From contig JBBRPR010000014.1 in the NCBI GenBank assembly GCA_038227875.1, forward strand, positions 117,401 through 181,400: DNA of 64,000 nucleotides. The letters are read 5' to 3'. The notes below the pieces were generated by a model, which was not told the DNA's origin, did no database searches, and saw nothing but the letters and a program-made list of their open reading frames with translations. Position 1 is the first letter of the stretch; each line of letters opens with the position of its first letter. This DNA is from Planctomycetota bacterium (GTDB lineage: Bacteria; Planctomycetota; SZUA-567; H5-PLA8). The position numbers and the translations under genes were made by a program. This document shows, in pieces, positions 18,040-26,887 of this stretch.

Positions 18040-18549
18040 AGGAAAATCACAAACTCCGCTACCTCCGCGCTCAACTCGCTCAGAACACCCAAACCCGTCC
18101 CGCTCCGCCAGACTATAGACCGAACCCATCCCAAGGAGGCCGCCCTGTAAACCACGATCGCGCTTCAGCCACTGCACGCCCGCTGTCGCGGCGCGAACGT
18201 CAGTTCAGCCCGCGACGGTGATCCGTCCACTGGAAAGGAAAGGAATGGAAAATGGAAAACGATCCGGGCCTGCCCCGAGCAAGCCTGTCGCAGGCCGAAG
18301 GCCTGCGTCGGGCGCGTCGAGGGGGTACAACAGCGCTGTTGTACGGGAAATTGAAACGGACTCGAAGCGTGTAACATTCTGTCACATTTCGTCACATTTA
18401 CCTATGAACCCCGTGTGGTACCCCAACCGCGATTTCGACCTCAATGTTACATCCGGACGCGATGCCGAGCTGAACGCGCGACCTGCCGTTCAATGGAAAA
18501 TGGCCCCGCTGCATTGAACCTCACGCGGCCTTATGCTAAAAAGGAAAAT

Positions 18550-18975
18550 ATGACAGCACCCAACAGACGCCACCGCATTCTCATCGCCAAACCCGGCCTC
18601 GACGGCCACGACCGCGGCGCCAAAGTCGTCGTCAAGGCGCTCTCCGAAGCCGGCTACGAAATCATCTACATCGGCCTCCATCAGGAACCGGAAGCCATCG
18701 TCGAAGCCGCTCTGCAGGAAGACGTCGAAGTCGTCGGGCTCTCCGTCCTCTCCGGCGCGCACATGACGCTCTTTCCGGCGGTCATCGACCTGCTGCGCAA
18801 GAACAACATGGGCGACGTCCTGGTCTTCGGCGGGGGCATCATTCCGCAACGCGATGTCGAAGCGCTGAAGGCCGCCGGCGTGGCGATGCTCTTTACGCCC
18901 GGCACCGACACCCGCGCGATCGTGGCTTATCTGGACGAGTACTTCGCAAAGAAGGATGCGACGCCGGCGGCGTAG
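18550..18975 (+). CDS. Acyl-CoA mutase cobalamin-binding small subunit (MCM C-terminal / IcmB-like)
   Basis: [13 protein letters not shown] (DxHxxG), [21 protein letters not shown]. Confidence 0.9.
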   Translation: MTAPNRRHRILIAKPGLDGHDRGAKVVVKALSEAGYEIIYIGLHQEPEAIVEAALQEDVEVVGLSVLSGAHMTLFPAVIDLLRKNNMGDVLVFGGGIIPQRDVEALKAAGVAMLFTPGTDTRAIVAYLDEYFAKKDATPAA

Positions 18976-19143
18976 GCTGTTTTAGACGTGCCAGTCGTGG
19001 CCCAATGCGCGACGCTTACTCCTCACCCCCGTCTCTCCTTCGACAGACTCAGGATCGCTCGGCCCTCTCCCTCAAAGCGGAGAGGGAACATCGGCTCTCC
19101 ACACGGAGACAGCGGTACAGGCAACAACGGGAGTTGGAACGAC

Positions 19144-20001
19144 ATGGCGGACATCAAATCGGTGGCGGTGATTGGCGCGGGGACCATGGGGTCCGGGATC
19201 GCGCAGGTGGCGGCGACGGGCGGGCTCTCCGTTACGCTCATTGACGTCTTGCCCGAAGCGCTGGCCAAAGGCGTGGCGCGCATCCAGGAATCGCTCGCCC
19301 GGGTCGTCAAGAAAGGCACGCTCTCCGAAGCCGACAGCCAGTTGGCTCAGCGGCGGATCTCCAGCTCCAGCGAACTCAACGACGCCAAGAGCGCCGACCT
19401 GGTGGTCGAAGCGATCTTCGAAGACGAAGCCGTCAAGCGCGCGACCTGGCAGAAACTCGATGGCATCTGCCGCCCCGACGCGATTTTGGCCTCGAACACC
19501 TCGAGCATCTCCATCACGAAGCTGGCGGCGGTGGTCCAGAATCCCGAGCGCTTCATCGGCATGCACTTCTTCAATCCGGTTCCGGTGATGAAGCTGGTCG
19601 AAGTCATCCGCGGCAACCGCACCACCGACGCGACCTGCGCGGCGGTCGTGGAACTCTCCAAGCGCCTGGGCAAGACGCCGATCGAAGTCAACGACTTCCC
19701 CGGCTTCGTCTCCAACCGCGTGCTGATGCCGCTGATCAACGAGGCGATCTTCGCCGTCTTCGAAGGCGTAGCCAAGCCTGAAGCCATCGACGAGATCTTC
19801 AAGCTCGGCATGGCGCACCCCATGGGCCCGCTGCAGCTGGCCGATTTCATCGGACTGGACGTCTGCCTGAACATCATGGAAGTCCTGCAGCGCGGCTTCG
19901 GCGACCCCAAGTACCGCCCCTGCCCCCTGCTGCGCCAGATGGTCGCATCCGGGAAACTCGGCCGAAAGAGCGGCACCGGTTTTTACGCCTATACGAAGTG
20001 A
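19144..20001 (+). CDS. hbd: 3-hydroxybutyryl-CoA dehydrogenase
   Basis: GAGTMGSGIAQ, ASNTSS, GMHFFNPVP, PGFVSNR, HPMGPL, GRKSG. Confidence 0.88.
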   Translation: MADIKSVAVIGAGTMGSGIAQVAATGGLSVTLIDVLPEALAKGVARIQESLARVVKKGTLSEADSQLAQRRISSSSELNDAKSADLVVEAIFEDEAVKRATWQKLDGICRPDAILASNTSSISITKLAAVVQNPERFIGMHFFNPVPVMKLVEVIRGNRTTDATCAAVVELSKRLGKTPIEVNDFPGFVSNRVLMPLINEAIFAVFEGVAKPEAIDEIFKLGMAHPMGPLQLADFIGLDVCLNIMEVLQRGFGDPKYRPCPLLRQMVASGKLGRKSGTGFYAYTK

Positions 20002-20024
20002 AGGATATCAACTAACCGACAGGT

Positions 20025-20054
20025 CCAAGAGCCAAGAGCCAAGAGCCAGGAGCC
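20025..20054. repeat. Heptamer tandem repeat (CCAAGAG, about four copies)
   Basis: ccaagag ccaagag ccaagag ccaggag cc; the last unit supplies the RBS for the next gene. Confidence 0.75.
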
Positions 20055-20060
20055 ATCCCC

Positions 20061-20834
20061 ATGCCCAACGGACTTCGAATCGAACGTGACGGCGACGTAG
20101 CCTCAATCGTGTTTGCGCGCGAGAAGGGGATCAACGTGCTCTCCTCCTGGCTGCTCAACGAACTCGACGCGGCGTGGACGGAGGCGACGCAGGGTTCGAC
20201 GCGCGTCTGCATCCTGCGCGGCGAAGGCAAGGCCTTCATGGCTGGTGCGGACATCAAGGAGATGTCGGCGCTGGACGGCAAATCAGCGCGCGAGTTCGCC
20301 GCACTCGGCCAGCGCGTCTTCGATAAGATCGAACACTCGCCGGTGGTCAGCATCGCGGCGATTCACGGCGCGGCCCTCGGCGGAGGCTGCGAACTGGCGC
20401 TGGCCTGCGACATTCGGCTGGGCTCCACGGGCATGCTGATCGGCCAGCCGGAAGTGAATCTCGGCCTGGTCCCAGGCTTCGGAGGCTCCCAACGCCTGCC
20501 CCGCGTGGTCGGCACCGGCTGGGCGCTGCGGATGATCCTGACCGGCGAGACCTTCAACGAGACCTCGGCTCATCAGGCCGGCTTGATCACTGAGTACGTC
20601 GACCCGGCGGCGCTGGTGGCTCATGCCCAGAAGCTGGCGCAGACGATTCTCAGTCGTGGGCCGAAGGCCGTTCAGATTGCAAAACGCCTCACGCGTCTAG
20701 CCTTTGATTTGCGCCAAGATGCGGGTCTCGAGACAGAACGCGACGCCTTTGGAGAGACGTTCGAGACCGGCGAAGCCCGGGAAGGGATGCAGGCATTCAT
20801 TGAGAAGCGTGCACCTAAGTTCAAGCACGAATGA
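20061..20834 (+). CDS. crt: Enoyl-CoA hydratase (crotonase)
   Basis: [39 protein letters not shown]. Confidence 0.85.
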   Translation: MPNGLRIERDGDVASIVFAREKGINVLSSWLLNELDAAWTEATQGSTRVCILRGEGKAFMAGADIKEMSALDGKSAREFAALGQRVFDKIEHSPVVSIAAIHGAALGGGCELALACDIRLGSTGMLIGQPEVNLGLVPGFGGSQRLPRVVGTGWALRMILTGETFNETSAHQAGLITEYVDPAALVAHAQKLAQTILSRGPKAVQIAKRLTRLAFDLRQDAGLETERDAFGETFETGEAREGMQAFIEKRAPKFKHE

Positions 20835-20875
20835 ATGTTATGTGATTTGTGATAGTCTCGGTGTAAAGCGGGGTA

Positions 20876-20903
20876 TTGACTTCCGAGATCTTCCCGCTAC
20901 GTT
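20876..20903 (+). promoter_or_regulatory. sigma70 promoter of the riboswitch leader
   Basis: TTGACT-N16-TACGTT just before the riboswitch 5' end. Confidence 0.6.
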
Positions 20904-20909
20904 CACATG

Positions 20910-21105
20910 TGCAGCCGAAAGCATTCTGAATACAGCACCCGCAGTGAACCTGCGGCTTCAGAGTGTTGCGGAGGACCCAACTTCCCTCGTACGGAGCCGA
21001 CTTCGGCACCTTAAGAGGGATGGGGCTCAGAACGGTGGGCAACCATCGCTTCAGGTCACTTCCATGACCTCGCCCGACAGCTAACTTCGCAGGCAATTGG
21101 AAGGG
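20910..21105 (+). ncRNA. c-di-AMP (ydaO/yuaA) riboswitch
   Basis: GCCGAA...TGCGGAGGACCCA...TGGGG...CCCGACAGCTAACTTCGCAGGC...GGAAG follows the ydaO consensus; lies upstream of a KimA/YdaO homolog. Confidence 0.85.
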
Positions 21106-21282
21106 CAATCCTCTTAGTCCACCTCATCACAGGTGGATTCAAGGTTACCCTACACTAAATCGTATTAGGAAACGGTTAAATTAATGCCTGGCGGCATTAA
21201 GAGCCCGTTAACGGCGTGATCACGCCCCATGGCTTTGTGGGTCGTGCAAGGCTGCGAAGTGCAGCAAAAGGATGAGTTCGCA

Positions 21283-23319
21283 ATGTTCGCAAAGTTGAAA
21301 TTGTTGCTGGTGGGCAAGCCCAAGGACATCGACGACCCGGAGCTATTCCACAGTTTGACGCTGATCGCCTTCCTGGCGTGGGTCGGACTGGGCGCAGACG
21401 GGTTGAGCTCCTCGGCCTACGGTCCCGAAGAAGCCTTCAAAGCGCTCAATGGGCATTGGTATCTGTCCATCTTTCTGGCCGCGGCCGTGGCGATGACGGT
21501 GTTCATCATCTCGCTGGCGTATACGGGGATCATCGAACACTTCCCGTCCGGCGGCGGCGGTTACGTGGTCGCGACCAAACTGCTGGGTGAGAAATTCGGC
21601 CTGATCTCCGGCTCGGCACTGCTGATCGATTACATCCTGACGATTACGACCTCGATCGCTTCCGGCATGGAAGCCATCTTCAGTTCACTCCCGTCGCAGG
21701 AATTCGATCTCTTCGGCCATCACTTCAACCTGACCGGCTGGCATGTGCCGATGGAAGTCGGCGCGATCGTGGTGCTGATCATCCTCAATCTGCGCGGGCT
21801 CAAAGAGTCCATCAACGTCCTTGTGCCCATCTTCCTGCTCTTCCTGGCCACGCACATCATTCTTCTCGGCTCAGCCTTCTTCCAGAAGGCCGGCGAGATT
21901 CCGCAGGCGGTGCATGCCGTTTCGCACGATATCCACCAAGGCCTGTCCAGTCCGGAGCTGGGTTTCATCGGCATGTTCCTGATCTTCGTCCATGCGTATT
22001 CGATGGGCGCCGGTACGTTCACGGGAATTGAAGCCGTTTCCAACGGTCTGCAGATCATGCGCGAACCCCGAGTGAAAACCGGCAAGCGCACCATGATCTA
22101 CATGGCCATCTCGCTGGCCATCTGCGCCGGCGGCATTTTGCTCGCCTACCTGATGTACCACGTGGGCGACGCGGCGGCGCTTCCCGAGAACAAGGACATG
22201 ACTTTCAACGCCATTCTGTTGAAAGAGATGACCAGTGGCTGGAGCTTCGGGCGCTGGTTCATGGTGATTACGCTTGTGGCCGAAGCCGCGCTGCTGACGG
22301 TCGCGGCGCAGACGGGCTTCATCGACGGCCCGCGCGTCATGGCCAACATGGGTCTGGATTCCTGGCTGCCGCACCGCTTCAGCTCGCTCTCCGAACGTCT
22401 GACCATGCACTACGGCATCCTGTTGATGGGCGTGTTGTCCATCGGCGCGCTGCTGGTCACAGGCGGCAGCGTCGCGATGCTGGTGACGATGTACTCGATC
22501 AACGTGTTCATCACGTTCTCGCTCTCTACTTTCGGCATGTGCAAGTTCTACTTCTCAGAACGGAAGAAGCGCAATCACTGGAAGAAGGGCTTCTCCATTC
22601 AGCTCGTGGCGTTCGTGCTCTGCTTCACGATCCTGTGCGTCAACATCGTGGTGAAGTTCTGGCTCGGCGCGTGGATGACGCTGGTCGTCACCTCGCTCCT
22701 GATCGGAATGTGCATCGCCATTCACAGTTATTACAAGAAAGTCTACGCCAACCTCGGCCTGCTCTCCGTCGACGTTGAGATTCCGCCGATCACCGAGACT
22801 CCGCCCGCGAAGTTGGATATCAAGAAGTCCACGGCGGTGCTGCTCGTCGGCGGCTACGGTGGATTGGGTGTCCACGCGCTGGCGCAGGTGATCCGGCTCT
22901 TCCCCGATCATTTCAAACAAATCGTCTTCGTCTCCGTCGGCATCATCGACTCCGGCAACTTCAAAGGCGCCGAAGAATCCGAACGCCTCAAGCAGCAGAC
23001 CGAAGAAAATCTGCAGAAGTACGAAGCGCTGGCTCGCCGTTTCGGTCTGGCCGCCGACAGCATGATGATGATCGGGCAGGACCCGGTCGCCGGCATCGAA
23101 GAACTCTGCGTCGAAGTCGCGTTGCGCTACCCGAAGTCCACGTACTTCGCCGGACAGCTGGTCTTCCAGCGCGATGCGTGGTACCAGCGGTTGCTCCACA
23201 ATGAAACCGCGTTCGCCGTGCAGCGCCGCCTGCAGTGGCAGGGCCTCCCGATGGTCGTGCTGCCCGTGCGCGTTTGGGGCAAAAAGAAGAAAGCGCGAAC
23301 GACGGGAATCGATATCTAA
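21283..23319 (+). CDS. kimA: APC family KimA/YdaO-like potassium transporter
   Basis: ADGLSSSAYGPEE, PSGGGGY, ALLIDYILT, TGIEAVSNG; about 12 TM helices plus a cytoplasmic tail. Confidence 0.8.
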   Translation: MFAKLKLLLVGKPKDIDDPELFHSLTLIAFLAWVGLGADGLSSSAYGPEEAFKALNGHWYLSIFLAAAVAMTVFIISLAYTGIIEHFPSGGGGYVVATKLLGEKFGLISGSALLIDYILTITTSIASGMEAIFSSLPSQEFDLFGHHFNLTGWHVPMEVGAIVVLIILNLRGLKESINVLVPIFLLFLATHIILLGSAFFQKAGEIPQAVHAVSHDIHQGLSSPELGFIGMFLIFVHAYSMGAGTFTGIEAVSNGLQIMREPRVKTGKRTMIYMAISLAICAGGILLAYLMYHVGDAAALPENKDMTFNAILLKEMTSGWSFGRWFMVITLVAEAALLTVAAQTGFIDGPRVMANMGLDSWLPHRFSSLSERLTMHYGILLMGVLSIGALLVTGGSVAMLVTMYSINVFITFSLSTFGMCKFYFSERKKRNHWKKGFSIQLVAFVLCFTILCVNIVVKFWLGAWMTLVVTSLLIGMCIAIHSYYKKVYANLGLLSVDVEIPPITETPPAKLDIKKSTAVLLVGGYGGLGVHALAQVIRLFPDHFKQIVFVSVGIIDSGNFKGAEESERLKQQTEENLQKYEALARRFGLAADSMMMIGQDPVAGIEELCVEVALRYPKSTYFAGQLVFQRDAWYQRLLHNETAFAVQRRLQWQGLPMVVLPVRVWGKKKKARTTGIDI

Positions 23320-23397
23320 GGACTAGCAGGCGTCCCGCCTGCAACGTTTGTGCAACTTGGATCTTCCCAAACTTGCCCGTTGCTTCTCACGGGCCAG

Positions 23398-23493
23398 CAG
23401 CCCGTTGATAAAACTCCGCCTGCGCCGCGAAACGCCTTTACTGCCAGGCGTTTCACGGAGAAAATTGGCGGAATTAGCCTTTTCAACGGGCTG
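23398..23493. mobile_element. 96-bp MITE-like element with terminal inverted repeats and 4-bp target duplication
   Basis: CCAG|CAGCCCGTTGA...TCAACGGGCTG|CCAG; internal hairpin GAAACGCCT-N8-AGGCGTTTC. Confidence 0.7.
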
Positions 23494-23564
23494 CCAGGGA
23501 CAAGAATGCTGATGTAGTCCGCTCTTTGGAACGTCCAACCAAGTAGGGACGCGGGAGTCGGTGG

Positions 23565-25445
23565 ATGAATTCAGCGCGGCAAAGCATTCTCTGGACGGCG
23601 GGGCTGTTGTTGAGCCTTGGGGTTGTTCATGCCGAAGACCTGGTCCGCACCGTGGAATTCCGCGACGGCACGGTGTTGACGGTGACGCTCCCCGACGCGA
23701 ACGTCAGTGCGACGCTGCGTGAAGATGGAGCGGTCAAGCCCGCGCAACTCAAGCTCTCGGACCTGTCGGAACTCGCCTTCGCCAAAAAGCCGCAGTTGGA
23801 TGAAGGCAAGCGCTTCGCCGCGCTGATCGAAGACCTCGGCAACGACGACTTCACTGTCCGCGAGAACGCCGAACGTGACCTGCGCGCAGCCGGTACGAAT
23901 GCGCGTGCTGATCTCGACGCCGCGAGCACCCAGGAGCTCGACCCGGAAACCAAGGCGCGCGTGGTTCGCCTGCGCTCCTATCTGCCGCCCCCTTCGGAGC
24001 TCGAAACCGCCGGCGGTTACTTCGATCCCGTCACATTCACTGCCACCCACAAGAAAGTCCAGGCCGACACCGCCGGCTTGTCGCTGATCGGAACTTACCA
24101 GGGCCATGCCGTGAAACTCGACCGCACGACCGTCGCCAAACTGCGCCTGCCCGCCGCTACGGTAGCCGAAGCGCCACCGCCGACCGGCCCGGTCACCACC
24201 CGGATCGCCGAAGATGGGCCGGAAGCATTCGGCAAGGACACCACCCGCATCGATTTCGAGACCGCGCCCGACGGCACGGCGCTGACGGCCGGCATGGACA
24301 TTGGCCAGACGTTCGTGCCGAAGGGATTCACGCTCGCGACGTCATATGAAGACTCGTTCGTTTCCGTGAACAACTACAACGTCCGCGGCCCGAGTGGGGG
24401 AAACTCCTGCGCCACGCACAACCCGCTCTGGAACGGCGTCGTCACCATCCGCTTCTGCGTGCCCGGTCAGCCGAAGGTTCCCGCCGGAGTCACGCGCGTC
24501 GGATTGTGGATCGCCGAAGTCGCGCCCGACGGCACAGCGCTGGAGGCCTACGATTCCCGTGGCCAGCGCATCGCGGAAATCAAGGTCGTCAAGCAGGGCA
24601 ACGATTTTCTGGGCGTCAGGAGCTCCGTGCCGATCGCGTATGTCAAGATTGTTCCCAACATGGCCATCGATCCCAACTACACATTCGATGATCTCGTCTA
24701 CGATACGCCGCGCCCCTTCACGTTTGTGCCGCACGAGAAGTTGTTCACGATTCAGACCCGGCAGGGTAACAAGATCCTGGCGAAGAGCACGACCGTCTCG
24801 GTCACCACCAGCAAGCTTCACAGCACGGATCTGGCCGTGGGCATCGAGACGCTCGACTTGCCGCTGGCCGATGTCGCCACCGTGCTCACGCCGATGAGCA
24901 ACTGGAAAGTCCAGCCGCTGGTCAAAGGCTGCTGGTTGAAGTTGCGCGACGGCTCGGTGCTCCATGCCGGTTTGGAAGACGGCCCCGTCTGTACGCGGCT
25001 ACCGCTGAAGGTCTCGCCGCAGACAGTTTCGGCGATGTGGGGCGACGCTGGCGAATTCGTCGAGCTGCCGCCAAAGGTCGCGATTCCGGAAGGCGGTGGC
25101 GTTTACGTCGACAAGAAAGGCTCGCTGGCCTTCACCGCATGGAAATTCGGCAAGCAGTTCATCGACGAGCCGCACTTCCATCCCGAAGGCGACCCCGATC
25201 AACGCTGGAGCCTGGTGCGCTACGAGACCGCGGCGACGACCTGGTTTTCGCCCGATCCTGTGATCGCGGCCACTTCCGGCCGCATCCTGTTGCTAACGGG
25301 AGAAACCTTCGTCCTCGGCACCGATTCCACGACCGGCTTCACGCTCGAAGCGTGGACGGAGGCTGAACTGATCGTGAAACACGGCACGGATCTGGTCCGC
25401 ATCCCGGTGGGGGAGATTTTGTCGGTCACGTTGCCGACGAAGTAG
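23565..25445 (+). CDS. Secreted hypothetical protein (single HEAT-like motif plus beta-rich domains)
   Basis: Signal peptide ending VHA; LIEDLGNDDFTVRENAERDL; repeated L.DG.VL-type motifs. Confidence 0.65.
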   Translation: MNSARQSILWTAGLLLSLGVVHAEDLVRTVEFRDGTVLTVTLPDANVSATLREDGAVKPAQLKLSDLSELAFAKKPQLDEGKRFAALIEDLGNDDFTVRENAERDLRAAGTNARADLDAASTQELDPETKARVVRLRSYLPPPSELETAGGYFDPVTFTATHKKVQADTAGLSLIGTYQGHAVKLDRTTVAKLRLPAATVAEAPPPTGPVTTRIAEDGPEAFGKDTTRIDFETAPDGTALTAGMDIGQTFVPKGFTLATSYEDSFVSVNNYNVRGPSGGNSCATHNPLWNGVVTIRFCVPGQPKVPAGVTRVGLWIAEVAPDGTALEAYDSRGQRIAEIKVVKQGNDFLGVRSSVPIAYVKIVPNMAIDPNYTFDDLVYDTPRPFTFVPHEKLFTIQTRQGNKILAKSTTVSVTTSKLHSTDLAVGIETLDLPLADVATVLTPMSNWKVQPLVKGCWLKLRDGSVLHAGLEDGPVCTRLPLKVSPQTVSAMWGDAGEFVELPPKVAIPEGGGVYVDKKGSLAFTAWKFGKQFIDEPHFHPEGDPDQRWSLVRYETAATTWFSPDPVIAATSGRILLLTGETFVLGTDSTTGFTLEAWTEAELIVKHGTDLVRIPVGEILSVTLPTK

Positions 25446-25616
25446 CGACTGGTAACCAGGACTGTCAATGGTTGTCCGGCTCGCTTCGAGGTCATATAAG
25501 CTTCGGCAGGGGGGACGTCTGTCCTGGAGCTTCTTGTTGCTAACGCAACCCGGCCCGAGGGGTCGGGCCACCCTGCGAAAATTTCGTCGTCTGACTTATT
25601 AGGATGCTCAATCCCT

Positions 25617-25650
25617 AAAAAAGAACTCGCCGCAAAACGCGGCGAGTTCT
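25617..25650 (-). terminator. Intrinsic terminator
   Basis: AGAACTCGCCGC-AAAAC-GCGGCGAGTTCT with an A-tract on the left (U-tract on the minus strand). Confidence 0.75.
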
Positions 25651-25693
25651 GACTGCTTTCCGTTCTGGCCCCTGGCCCCTGGCTCCTGCCGTT

Positions 25694-26704
25694 CTACAGC
25701 TCCGCGATCGTGACTTCGCGCTTTTCTTTGGCGCTCTTGACGGCGGCGAAGACCATGCCCATCGACTTCAGATTGTCTTCGGCGTTGCACTCCGGCTGGC
25801 GGTCTTCCTTCAACGCGCTGATGAATTCGGCCAGCAGCGCTTTCGGACCTCCGGTGCGTTCGTTGTTGTCGGTCGGCAGCTTTTCGCGCACCTTTTTATC
25901 CGTGCGGTGGGACTGCGTATGATAAAGGTCGAAGCCTTCCCACGTAATGGTGCCCTTCGGTCCTTCGAAGCGCCATTCGCCGTTGTGGCCGGCGGGTACG
26001 TGGCCGACGGTGCAGCCGACGCCGCGGTGTGTGCCGATCACGCCGTTGGTGAAACGGAAGAGGATCAACTGACACGCATCGCCCTGGTGCCAGCCCCACG
26101 GCAGATTCCACGTGATCGCTTGCGCGCTCAGCGGATCGAGACCCAGCGTGTAGCGCATCATGTCGAAGTGGTGGATGCCCATGTCGGTGAGAAACATGAA
26201 CGGCTGCGTGACGTAATGCGAGCCCGGAAGATCGGCCCACGGCACGTAGAGCGAAACGTCCAATTGCCCGACGGTGCCGATGATGCCTTCTTTAAGCAGC
26301 CGGTTGGTCGTGCGCGGCAGACCGGCGAAGCGATAATTCTGCGTGATCATGTGCTTCACGCCCGCGCGCTTGCCGGCGGCGACTACGCGCTTAGCGGCCG
26401 CGTAATCGTCGCTCAGCGGTTTCTCGCCGAGGACATGGAGCTTGTTTTCAAACGCCGTCATCGCGACGCGTTCGTGAACGGCCGGTGGCGTGACGTCGAC
26501 GATGAAGTCCGCCTTCGTCGCCTTGATCGCGGCGCTCAGGTCGTCGTAGAGCTGTTCCTTCTTGACGCCCAGCTCGCCGATCGCGCGCTTCTTGTTGTTC
26601 TCACCGGGCTCCACGCATGCAACGACTTCAACATCCGGATTTTCGCGGCAGTCCTTGAGCCAGCCGGCGCCACGACCACCCAGACCTACGATGATTGCTT
26701 TCAT
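25694..26704 (-). CDS. Gfo/Idh/MocA family oxidoreductase
   Basis: IVGLGGRG, LGEKP, QNYRF, DMGIHHFD. Confidence 0.9.
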   Translation of the reverse strand: MKAIIVGLGGRGAGWLKDCRENPDVEVVACVEPGENNKKRAIGELGVKKEQLYDDLSAAIKATKADFIVDVTPPAVHERVAMTAFENKLHVLGEKPLSDDYAAAKRVVAAGKRAGVKHMITQNYRFAGLPRTTNRLLKEGIIGTVGQLDVSLYVPWADLPGSHYVTQPFMFLTDMGIHHFDMMRYTLGLDPLSAQAITWNLPWGWHQGDACQLILFRFTNGVIGTHRGVGCTVGHVPAGHNGEWRFEGPKGTITWEGFDLYHTQSHRTDKKVREKLPTDNNERTGGPKALLAEFISALKEDRQPECNAEDNLKSMGMVFAAVKSAKEKREVTIAEL

Positions 26705-26731
26705 TTAGTTTGCTCCTTTAGAGGAAATGAT

Positions 26732-26883
26732 GGTGCCACTGGTGTGGATGAATCAGAGCGAAGCGAAGATTCATCCTTACCAGTGCCTTGGCCGGACAGA
26801 CTGTCGAACAACAATTCCACTGCGATCACACTGGTAAGGCCAAGTCTTCACTTGCGTTCAGACTTGTCCGTACCAGTGGCACC
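26732..26883. repeat. Inverted pair of GGTGCCACTGG REP-like hairpins (REPIN/BIME-like)
   Basis: 26732-26787 GGTGCCACTGGT...ACCAGTGCC; 26829-26883 has the same layout on the minus strand. Confidence 0.75.
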
Positions 26884-26887
26884 AGGA

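Noticed and set aside
17691..18050. Chromosomal oriC
   Set aside because: No cluster of TTATCCACA-type DnaA boxes seen and no dnaA, dnaN or rep gene nearby; kept only as an unexplained array
18140..18490. Cobalamin riboswitch upstream of the B12-binding gene
   Set aside because: Fragments (CTGTAA, GCCACTG, GACCTGCC) occur, but the GGGAA-GGTG-AA-TCC core and normal spacing are missing; a cmsearch would settle it
18218..18517. 99-aa ORF
   Set aside because: Built from repeats and hairpins, with no recognisable motif or typical codon bias
21160..21215. KdpE-like direct repeats (TTAA spaced 11 bp) upstream of the K+ transporter
   Set aside because: Too short and degenerate to call; could be part of the riboswitch expression platform
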